Shown here one piece after another: positions 1-7,618 of a stretch of 20,000 bases of DNA. The translations under genes were made by a program, and so were the position numbers. A model generated the notes under the pieces. The model searched no databases. It saw only the letters and a list, made by a program, of their open reading frames with translations, and was not told the origin of the DNA. The DNA lies in sequence record SRR22947727_1968; one strand, written 5' to 3'. Each line of letters starts with the position of its first letter. The stretch's first letter is position 1.

Positions 1-888
1 GCTGCTGAATTTAGCGATGCGCCCTATTGCTCCACGGTCATTAATACCAACTCGCCGCGCATGTTGGACAAGCCCATGGCGCAGGCATTGATCGACTTCG
101 CTCGCGCCGGTCAAATGTGCATTGTCACGCCGTTTTGTTTGGCAGGGGCTATGGCTCCGATTACAATCGCCGGGGCTTTGACCTTGCAACATGCCGAGGC
201 TTTGGCGGCCATTACGCTCAATCAACTCGCAAAACCGGGCGCTCCGGTGATGTATGGCGGCTTTGGCTCGAACGTGGATATGAAATCGGGAGCGCCGAGT
301 TTTGGCACGCCGGAACATATTCAAATGTCGATCGGCTCGGGACAATTGGCCCGTCACATCGGCCTGCCTTGGCGTTCAGCTGCTGGGGCGGCCGCCAACA
401 CCAATGATATGCAAGCCACCCATGAAACCGTCATGTCGCTCTGGGGCTGTCTTCAAGCCAATGCGACCATGGTCATCCATGCGGCAGGCTGGCTTGAAGG
501 CGGGCTGACCTTTGGTTTTGAGAAATTCATCCAGGACATCGAAGCGCTGCAAGCCATTGCCCATCTGTGCAAACCTGTGGCCGCAGACGCAGCCGCAATC
601 GGGCTTGACGCCATCGAGCAAGTGGCACCCGGCGGACATTTTTTCGAAACAGATCAAACATTAAACAATTATAGCACAGCTTTTCTGGAGCCTATTAATG
701 CGGATCTGTCAAATTTTGGCACTTGGCAAAAGAATGGCGCATTGACCGCCGAAGCCCGGGCCACGGCGAAATGGCAGGCAATCTTGCACGACTTTACCGC
801 CCCGCCGGGTGCTCAGGAGCGGGTTGGCCGCGTGGAGGCAATGATCGCCCGGTTTACCCAAGCAGGCGGGGCACCGATTCTCGAGTGA
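1..888 (+). CDS. Trimethylamine methyltransferase (MttB) superfamily protein, non-pyrrolysine type; 5'-truncated by the window edge
   Basis: Frame is open from base 1 (AAEFSDAPYCSTVINTNSPRMLD...). Family-typical segments NTNSP, TPFCLAGAMAP, NVDMKSGAPSFGTPE, HAAGWLEGGL and PGGHFF. No in-frame amber codon. Confidence 0.9.
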   Translation, partial: AAEFSDAPYCSTVINTNSPRMLDKPMAQALIDFARAGQMCIVTPFCLAGAMAPITIAGALTLQHAEALAAITLNQLAKPGAPVMYGGFGSNVDMKSGAPSFGTPEHIQMSIGSGQLARHIGLPWRSAAGAAANTNDMQATHETVMSLWGCLQANATMVIHAAGWLEGGLTFGFEKFIQDIEALQAIAHLCKPVAADAAAIGLDAIEQVAPGGHFFETDQTLNNYSTAFLEPINADLSNFGTWQKNGALTAEARATAKWQAILHDFTAPPGAQERVGRVEAMIARFTQAGGAPILE

Positions 889-891
889 GCC

Positions 892-921
892 CTTGCACAA
901 GTTCGTGCAAAGGCCTATCTC
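892..921 (+). promoter_or_regulatory. Putative promoter of 6S RNA
   Basis: CTTGCA (892-897), N17, CTATCT (915-920) resembles the alphaproteobacterial CTTGAC-N17-CTATAT consensus, 6-8 nt before the RNA 5' stem. Confidence 0.65.
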
Positions 922-926
922 AAACA

Positions 927-1090
927 GCGGCGGGTTCTGCCCTTCTCGAAAGCGGTCAAATTCCAGTGGCCATACGCAATCCGAGGGAGCTGGCTCTGAT
1001 TGAACCCTGGTTCTTTTACCTGGCGCCCACCTGTACATACAGGTCCTCGGGAATTCAGTACCAACACGGTTGTTCTGGTGGGCCCGCCAC
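927..1090 (+). ncRNA. ssrS: 6S RNA
   Basis: About 160-nt intergenic segment whose ends pair (GGCGGG 929-934 / CCCGCC 1083-1088), with inner stem CCGAGG 981-986 / CCTCGG 1045-1050 and hairpin ACCTGTA..TACAGGT 1029-1044. Contains GTGGCC, GGGAGCTG and GGCGCCCACCT blocks I recognise from alphaproteobacterial 6S RNAs. Ends approximate. Confidence 0.85.
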
Positions 1091-1098
1091 GTCTTGCT

Positions 1099-2649
1099 TC
1101 AGAATGCACCGTCTTTTTGATCCTCAATCGGCTCCATCGTCAGTTCAAAACTCGGCACCGCTTCGGTCAAATCATCAACCGCCAGAGCCCCACTTGGACG
1201 CGCCAGCCGGTTGCGCACAACCCATATGAGCCGGTTCTCTGCTCGGGTGATCGCCACATAGGCCAACCGTTTCCAAAGCTGCGTGCCCGCCTCTGTTCGG
1301 TTCATGCGGGCGGCCACAAAAATATCTGGCGCAAACACCTGGACCGTATCCCACTGCGAGCCCTGGGCCTTATGAATGGTCACCGCAGCCCCATGCAAAA
1401 AGGTGGCGCCCATGCGGGCGGCAAAGGGGATAAAGGGTTCTTCCTCATCGGGCATTTCAATCTTGACGATGCTGGCGGCGCTCAACTGCGGTTGCTCGGC
1501 ACCGATGACATGCAGGCGCGAAAATCCCGGTTTGCGGCCCGGCCCAAGATAGACCACCTGCGCCCCTTTGATCAGACCCCGCGCCTCCAAATCCAACCGC
1601 TTTTTGCGGTGCTTCAAAGGAAGCTCAATACCATCACAGATCAATGGCTCGCCCGGCAAGAGCTCCTCCATCGGGGCTTGATAGGCGCCGCGGAAGGCTT
1701 GAATGAGCTTGATCCGTGTCACGTTGCGCCACACCAGAACGGGCGAGCGCGCCATGAGGTCGGACTCAACCCTTTGACCGATCACCACCCGATCATCGCG
1801 CATCGACGCATCCCGCACCATCTGTTCAAAATCAGAAAACTGCAAAGAAGCATCGCCCAAAGCATGGGCCAGATCTAAGATCGGATTGTCTTGCGTCTGA
1901 CGATGGACGCGGCTGAGCACCAAGCGGCGCTCCTCAGGCAAAGCGTCAAACACCATCGCCCCCGATTGGTTCACAGGCGCCAATTGCGCCGGGTCGCCAA
2001 ACAGAATCAATGTGGGGAAAATCTCTTTGAGATCTTCCAATTGCTGCGCATCGAGCATGGAGCTCTCATCGACAAAGCCCACGTCCAAAGGCTCCTCGCG
2101 GCGCTTCCATCCGGTAATAAAGTCAGACCCCCGCAGCCCCGCCGCTGCCAAAGCGCCCGGAATAGACGCATTGGAGGTGAAGAAACTCAAGGCTCGATCC
2201 AATGCGAGGTCACTGACCCCCTCCACCTCTGGCCGGTCGCCATTTCCACCGAGCCACTCTGCGATTTTTTCATACTCGGGATCATACATCGGCGTATAGA
2301 GAATGCGGTGGATGGTCGTCGCGGGTACACCTCTATTGCGCAATACGCTCGCAGCTTTGTTGGTGGGGGCCAGAATCGCCAAGGTCCGGCGGTCTTTGCG
2401 CGCGCGGGGTTCATAGTCTCCCGACACGATGTTCAGCCCCGCATCTTTCAACGCATGATACAGCTGCGCCAAAAGCAAGGTTTTGCCAGATCCGGCCTTG
2501 CCAATGACAGCGGCGATATTGTCTTTGCCCTCGCGCGGCGGGGTCACGATCCCATTGGCCAGATCCACGCCCGCAGAGCGCAGAATATCACTGATGGTAT
2601 CATAGGCCTGGGCCTGATCTTCGGAATAGGAAATTGGCGTCTGTGACAT
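1099..2649 (-). CDS. RecD-like (SF1B) ATP-dependent DNA helicase
   Basis: Walker A GKAGSGKT, APTNKAA, TIHR, VDESSM, GDPAQL, TIHKAQGSQW and YVAITRA motifs. Start moved to ATG 2649 (MSQTPISYSEDQ), which sits 6 nt behind a promoter-like element. Confidence 0.9.
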   Translation of the reverse strand: MSQTPISYSEDQAQAYDTISDILRSAGVDLANGIVTPPREGKDNIAAVIGKAGSGKTLLLAQLYHALKDAGLNIVSGDYEPRARKDRRTLAILAPTNKAASVLRNRGVPATTIHRILYTPMYDPEYEKIAEWLGGNGDRPEVEGVSDLALDRALSFFTSNASIPGALAAAGLRGSDFITGWKRREEPLDVGFVDESSMLDAQQLEDLKEIFPTLILFGDPAQLAPVNQSGAMVFDALPEERRLVLSRVHRQTQDNPILDLAHALGDASLQFSDFEQMVRDASMRDDRVVIGQRVESDLMARSPVLVWRNVTRIKLIQAFRGAYQAPMEELLPGEPLICDGIELPLKHRKKRLDLEARGLIKGAQVVYLGPGRKPGFSRLHVIGAEQPQLSAASIVKIEMPDEEEPFIPFAARMGATFLHGAAVTIHKAQGSQWDTVQVFAPDIFVAARMNRTEAGTQLWKRLAYVAITRAENRLIWVVRNRLARPSGALAVDDLTEAVPSFELTMEPIEDQKDGAF

Positions 2650-2705
2650 GCCTTTGTTTAGCCAATGGCTTGCCATGGGGCCAGAGCTATTGCGCGCACT
2701 CGGAT

Positions 2706-2732
2706 GCCGGGAGCAAATTAATTGCCCCCGGC
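2706..2732 (-). terminator. Hairpin after ccr stop (terminator or 3' stabiliser)
   Basis: Minus-strand RNA GCCGGGGGCAA-UUAAU-UUGCUCCCGGC forms an 11-bp stem with one G-U pair (a mismatch on the plus strand), 7 nt after the ccr stop. No U-tract. Confidence 0.55.
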
Positions 2733-2739
2733 GGGTCTT

Positions 2740-4026
2740 TTACCGTGCAACCGCAAGGGTCTCTTCAATCGTGCGCAGCCCGCGGCGGGGCGCTTGCACC
2801 AATACAGACATATTGCCCGGCAGATGCTCATTGCGGCGCATTTTCATATGCGCTTCCGGCAGATCGTTCCAATCAAAGGTTTCAGACAAGCAAGGGTTAA
2901 GCTTGTCTTCACACATCAAGCGATTGGCCGCAGCCGCCTGCTTAAGGTTGGCAAAATGAGAGCCTTGAAGGCGTTTTTGATGCATCCACATATAGCGCAC
3001 ATCCAGGGTCAAATTGTAACCGGTCGTCCCTGCACAGATCACCACCATACCGCCTTTTTTGCACACGAAGGTTGAGACAGGAAAGGTGCTTTCGCCGGGA
3101 TGCTCAAACACCAGGTCGGGGTTGTTTCCCTTGCCTGTGATCTCCCAAATCGCGGCACCGAACTTGCGAGCCTCTTTAAACCAAGTGGCGTATTCAGGGG
3201 TGTTGACCGTGGGCATTTGTCCCCAGCAATTGAAATCGCGGCGGTTGATCACGCCTTTTGCGCCGAGCCCCATTACAAAATCACGTTTGCTTTCGTCACT
3301 GATGACACCAATCGCATTGGCACCAACCACATTGGCCAGCTGCACGGCATAAGAGCCCAACCCGCCCGATGCACCCCAGATCAATACGTTTTGCCCCGGT
3401 TTCAGCTCATGCGGCGCATGACCAAAGAGCATTCGGTAGGCGGTGGCTAGGGTCAGCGTGTAGCAGGCGCTTTCTTCCCAGGTTTGATGCTTCGGACGCG
3501 GCATCAATTGTTGGCTTTGAACCCGAGTGAACTGGCTGAACGAGCCATCGGGGGTTTCATAGCCCCAAATGCGCTGTGAGGTCGAATACATCGGATCACC
3601 GCCATTGCATTCCTCGTCATCCCCATCATCTTGATTGCAATGGATCACGACCTCATCGCCCAGTTTCCAACGGGTCACTTTTGAGCCCACAGCCCAGACG
3701 ATGCCCGACGCGTCAGACCCCGCGATGTGATAGGGTTGCTTATGGCCATCAAAGGGGCTGATTGGCACGCCCAAAGCGGCCCAAACTCCATTATAGTTAA
3801 TACCAGCCGCCATCACCAAGACCAAAACGTCGTAACTGTCCAATTCAGGCACGTCCAAAACCTCTTGCAACATGGCCGTATCTGGCTCGCCATGACGCTC
3901 TCTGCGAATGGCCCAGCCATACATTTGTTTCGGAACATGACCCAAGGGCGGCATTTCGCCCATGTCATAGAGATCTTTTTTCTCCGCGGTATAGGCGGTC
4001 AAGGGTGAATTTGAATCCAATGGCAT
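2740..4026 (-). CDS. ccr: Crotonyl-CoA carboxylase/reductase
   Basis: MDR fold with AAGINYNGVWA, HIAGSDASG, IWGYETPDGSF, WGASGGLG, VFEHPG and LQGSHFAN motifs. Clustered with ecm. Start ATG 4026 preceded by AAGGGG. Confidence 0.96.
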   Translation of the reverse strand: MPLDSNSPLTAYTAEKKDLYDMGEMPPLGHVPKQMYGWAIRRERHGEPDTAMLQEVLDVPELDSYDVLVLVMAAGINYNGVWAALGVPISPFDGHKQPYHIAGSDASGIVWAVGSKVTRWKLGDEVVIHCNQDDGDDEECNGGDPMYSTSQRIWGYETPDGSFSQFTRVQSQQLMPRPKHQTWEESACYTLTLATAYRMLFGHAPHELKPGQNVLIWGASGGLGSYAVQLANVVGANAIGVISDESKRDFVMGLGAKGVINRRDFNCWGQMPTVNTPEYATWFKEARKFGAAIWEITGKGNNPDLVFEHPGESTFPVSTFVCKKGGMVVICAGTTGYNLTLDVRYMWMHQKRLQGSHFANLKQAAAANRLMCEDKLNPCLSETFDWNDLPEAHMKMRRNEHLPGNMSVLVQAPRRGLRTIEETLAVAR

Positions 4027-4044
4027 GAGAAGCCCCTTACGATA

Positions 4045-4060
4045 TTGCTGCGATGCAGAA
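4045..4060. promoter_or_regulatory. Putative PhaR-type operator upstream of ccr
   Basis: TTGCTGCGATGCAGAA contains CTGC-N3-GCAG and reads TGC-RNY-GCA-SMA on both strands, about 20 nt upstream of the ccr start. Confidence 0.55.
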
Positions 4061-4133
4061 TCAACCTGCACTTCAATGGATAAAATCCATCACGCAATAT
4101 TGCAACCAATTTATGTATTAATTTGTAATTTAA

Positions 4134-5498
4134 TTACTCACGTAATTTTTCTGATATATGGGACAGGCTGGCGGCATAATAGGGGAGCACAAATTTGCCC
4201 TTCTCAGTAATGACATAACGCCCCCCATCCTGCACAATCAGCTTGCGCTGCATCAAATTTAAAACGCCCGCTTCCGCCGCCTCGGCCCAGGCCTCTGGAG
4301 TGGCTTGCAAATACTCCGGCTCAACTGCCTGCATGACCTCCGCAAATGCAGCAGTAAGCTCCAGCGCCCGCAGTGGCGCTTTATGAATTAATATCAATGA
4401 GATTAGAGGAACAGGCAGGACAGGAATGCCGGCCTCCACCTGGGCCATGATCTCGCGCGCCAGAACAGGAGAAGAGATCCCGCCCGTCTGTTTGTGAAAC
4501 GCCGACAGGCTCACCGGCGCACCAAAATGAACAGCCGCATAACCAAAGCGCCGATAGCGGCCCGTCAACCACAACCAAAAATGCTTTGCCAAAAAACGCG
4601 CGATCACGGAAATATTGGCACCAAACCGCCTTTCTCCGCGCTTGCCAGCAGCGAGAAGAATGTAATCCTCCAAGACCCTATCGTAATTGATCGAGACTGG
4701 CACGAATATGACATCTCGGGCCTTTGGTTCCCACCCAGCGATGACATAATTCAGAAACCCCATCCGCGGCGGTGCCAAACGCCCATCCAAGGACAGGCCA
4801 CCCTCTGGAAACACCGCTTGGGTCACGCCGCCCTGCGTCGCCATCTGGACATAGCGGGCCAGAACCCGCCGATAAAGCAACCCACGCGATTTGCGGCGAA
4901 TAAAAAACGCACCCATCGCGCGAATGAGTAGGCTAATCGGCCAGATCCGTGCCCATTCGCCCACCGCATAAGACAATGCAGAGCGTTTGGAGGCCAGATA
5001 AGTCACCAGAACATAATCCATATTTGAGCGATGGTTCATGACAAACACCACAGTTGCCGTGGGATCCAAGCCGCTCAAAACATCCTCAAAACGGCCAATG
5101 CGCACCCTATAGAGCGTCTCGCTGAGAAAGCGGGCAATGGTGCTGGCGACGGTGAAATAGACCGTCGCACTGAAGGACGGCACGATCTCCCGCGCGTATT
5201 TCTGCGCCTCTTGAAAAGCGACATTTTCAGGGATGCCCTCCTTGCGGGCGTGATCATTGACCGCCTGCATCACATCGGGATGATAGAGCAATCTTTGAAT
5301 CATATCATGGCGCCGGGCCAATTTGAACGGTTCAATCGGACGGTCCAGCCGCGCGTTTAATTGGCTGACCACCCGCTCCATTCTGCGCCGGAAAAACCAC
5401 CGTACAGAGGGGATCAAAGCACGCTCCAAAGCGGCAATCGCAGCGAAAATCGCCGCGATCACTACAAACCACATCGGAAGCTCAATTGTCTCAAACAT
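4134..5498 (-). CDS. PlsB-like glycerol-3-phosphate acyltransferase (GPAT/DHAPAT family)
   Basis: Acyltransferase blocks NHRSNMDY (HX4D), AFFIRR, VFPEGG and VPVSINYDRVLE, plus an N-terminal hydrophobic helix. Start set at ATG 5498 (MFETIELP). Confidence 0.85.
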   Translation of the reverse strand: MFETIELPMWFVVIAAIFAAIAALERALIPSVRWFFRRRMERVVSQLNARLDRPIEPFKLARRHDMIQRLLYHPDVMQAVNDHARKEGIPENVAFQEAQKYAREIVPSFSATVYFTVASTIARFLSETLYRVRIGRFEDVLSGLDPTATVVFVMNHRSNMDYVLVTYLASKRSALSYAVGEWARIWPISLLIRAMGAFFIRRKSRGLLYRRVLARYVQMATQGGVTQAVFPEGGLSLDGRLAPPRMGFLNYVIAGWEPKARDVIFVPVSINYDRVLEDYILLAAGKRGERRFGANISVIARFLAKHFWLWLTGRYRRFGYAAVHFGAPVSLSAFHKQTGGISSPVLAREIMAQVEAGIPVLPVPLISLILIHKAPLRALELTAAFAEVMQAVEPEYLQATPEAWAEAAEAGVLNLMQRKLIVQDGGRYVITEKGKFVLPYYAASLSHISEKLRE

Positions 5499-5543
5499 CC
5501 GGCCAATCTGCCTGAAATGGCAGATATGCGCCAGATGGCAAAA

Positions 5544-5561
5544 TTGCCGCGTTGCAGCGAA
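5544..5561. promoter_or_regulatory. Second PhaR-like site in the divergent plsB-like/ecm intergenic region
   Basis: TTGCCGCGTTGCAGCGAA has the same TGCnGC-N3-GCnG architecture as the ccr site and abuts the ecm -35. Confidence 0.45.
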
Positions 5562-5590
5562 TTGACAGGGTGGGATTATTCCGCCATTAA
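5562..5590 (+). promoter_or_regulatory. Putative sigma70 promoter of ecm
   Basis: Perfect TTGACA (5562-5567), 17-nt spacer, CATTAA (5585-5590). Confidence 0.6.
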
Positions 5591-5637
5591 GTGCTAATGC
5601 GCAATTATATTTCGCACACAAGAAAGAGAGGCCCGTT

Positions 5638-7611
5638 ATGACCCAAGTGCAAAAAGATCGTCCCTGGTTGTTTCGAACATATGCAGGCCATTCTACGGCC
5701 GAGGCTTCTAATGCGCTCTATCGCTCCAATCTCGCCAAAGGGCAAACGGGCCTGTCCGTGGCCTTTGATCTGCCGACACAAACGGGCTATGACAGCGATC
5801 ATATTTTGGCGCGCGGGGAAGTGGGCAAAGTGGGCGTCCCCGTCAGCCATTTGGGGGATATGCGCACGCTCTTTGCCGACATCCCCCTCGATCAGATGAA
5901 CACCTCAATGACCATCAATGCCACAGCGCCTTGGCTGCTGGCGCTCTATATCGCCGCAGCCGAGGAGCAAGGCGCCGATATCAGCGCGCTGCAAGGTACG
6001 GTGCAAAACGACATAATTAAGGAATATTTGAGCCGAGGCACCTATATTTGCCCGCCCAAGCCCTCCTTGCGGATGATCACCGACATCGCCGCCTACACGC
6101 GCGCACATCTGCCCAAATGGAACCCGATGAACGTCTGCTCATACCATCTGCAAGAGGCCGGCGCGACACCCGAGCAAGAACTGGCCTTTGCCCTCGCCAC
6201 TGCGACTGCGGTTTTGGATGACCTCAAAGGCAAGGTACCCGAAGAACATTTTGGCCAAATGGTTGGGCGGATCAGCTTTTTCGTGAACGCCGGCATTCGT
6301 TTTGTCACTGAAATGTGCAAAATGCGGGCTTTTGTTGATCTTTGGGACGAGATCTGCCGCGACCGCTACGGGGTGAGTGATCCTAAGATGCGGCGTTTCC
6401 GCTATGGCGTGCAGGTCAATTCTTTGGGTCTGACCGAACAACAACCCGAAAACAACGTCTATCGCATCTTGATTGAAATGCTGGCGGTCACCCTGTCCAA
6501 AAAAGCCCGCGCCCGGGCTGTGCAATTGCCCGCTTGGAATGAGGCCTTAGGTCTGCCGCGCCCTTGGGATCAGCAATGGTCTCTACGGATGCAACAAATT
6601 ATGGCCTTTGAAACCGATCTTTTGGAATATGAGGATCTGTTTGACGAAAACCCCGCCGTTGAGCGCAAAGTTGCCTCCCTCAAGGACGGCGCACGGGCCG
6701 AGCTGGCGTTGATCGATTCCATGGGCGGCGCCGTCGAGGCGATCGAATATATGAAGTCGCGTTTGGTCGAGTCCAATGCGGCCCGCATTGGTCAGATTGA
6801 GAGCGGGGATATGACTGTGGTCGGGGTCAACGCTTATCAAAGCGGCGAAGCCAGCCCGCTCACCGCAGGCGACGATGCGATCATGACAGTGGACCCCAAG
6901 AACGAAGCCGAGCAAATCGCGCGGCTCACCCGCTGGCGCGCGGCACGAGATGCGCAGGCGGTGAACGAGGCCCTTCGGGATCTGCGCGCCGCCGCCCTCG
7001 ATGGCAGCAATATTATGCCGCCCTCTATTGCCGCCGCAAAAGCCGGGGTAACCACGGGCGAATGGGGCGATGTGCTGCGCCAAGCCTTCGGTCAATATAG
7101 AGGCCCCACAGGCGTCAGCGCCACCCCGTCCAATCGTACCGAAGGTTTAGATGAGATTCGCGATCAAGTCGCAGCAGTCAGTGATCGGCTGGGACGCAAG
7201 CTGACTTTTTTGATGGGAAAACCGGGTCTGGATGGGCATTCCAACGGAGCCGAACAAATCGCCACCCGTGCGCGTGATTGCGGGATGGAGATTTCTTATG
7301 AAGGCATCCGCCTCACGCCGGACGAAATCATCACAGCCGCGCGCGATGGCGCGGTGCATGTGATCGGCCTGTCTATTCTCTCAGGCTCACATATGCCCCT
7401 GATGCAAGAGTTGATGTCCAAGCTGCGCGCGGCCGAGCTGACCCATATTCCGGTGATCGTCGGCGGGATTATTCCCGATGAGGATGCACAGAAGTTGCGG
7501 GCCATGGGAATAGCGCGCATCTATACGCCAAAGGACTTTGAGCTCAACCGGATAATGTTCGATATCGTCGCCCTTGCCGATCCCGGTCCAGGCAATATTG
7601 CGGCGCAATAG
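5638..7611 (+). CDS. ecm: Ethylmalonyl-CoA mutase (B12-dependent)
   Basis: PWLFRTYAGHS, LSVAFDLPTQTGYD, GTVQNDIIKEYLSRGT, RYGVQVNSLGLT and C-terminal B12 motif GLDGHSNG. 657 aa, near ccr, GAGAGG RBS. Also called meaA. Confidence 0.96.
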   Translation: MTQVQKDRPWLFRTYAGHSTAEASNALYRSNLAKGQTGLSVAFDLPTQTGYDSDHILARGEVGKVGVPVSHLGDMRTLFADIPLDQMNTSMTINATAPWLLALYIAAAEEQGADISALQGTVQNDIIKEYLSRGTYICPPKPSLRMITDIAAYTRAHLPKWNPMNVCSYHLQEAGATPEQELAFALATATAVLDDLKGKVPEEHFGQMVGRISFFVNAGIRFVTEMCKMRAFVDLWDEICRDRYGVSDPKMRRFRYGVQVNSLGLTEQQPENNVYRILIEMLAVTLSKKARARAVQLPAWNEALGLPRPWDQQWSLRMQQIMAFETDLLEYEDLFDENPAVERKVASLKDGARAELALIDSMGGAVEAIEYMKSRLVESNAARIGQIESGDMTVVGVNAYQSGEASPLTAGDDAIMTVDPKNEAEQIARLTRWRAARDAQAVNEALRDLRAAALDGSNIMPPSIAAAKAGVTTGEWGDVLRQAFGQYRGPTGVSATPSNRTEGLDEIRDQVAAVSDRLGRKLTFLMGKPGLDGHSNGAEQIATRARDCGMEISYEGIRLTPDEIITAARDGAVHVIGLSILSGSHMPLMQELMSKLRAAELTHIPVIVGGIIPDEDAQKLRAMGIARIYTPKDFELNRIMFDIVALADPGPGNIAAQ

Positions 7612-7618
7612 CAAGGCG

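Noticed and set aside
723-1229. ORFs crossing the 889-1098 gap (168 aa, 109 aa, 70 aa)
   Set aside because: They overlap real genes and the gap is explained by 6S RNA.
1000-2646. Long plus-strand ORFs (292 aa at 1000-1878, 251 aa at 1891-2646)
   Set aside because: Antisense shadows of the RecD-like gene, typical of GC-rich DNA, with no recognisable motifs.
7592-7601. Second GCAATATTGC palindrome, identical to the one upstream of ccr
   Set aside because: It lies in the last codons of ecm at a convergent junction with no promoter to control; probably chance.
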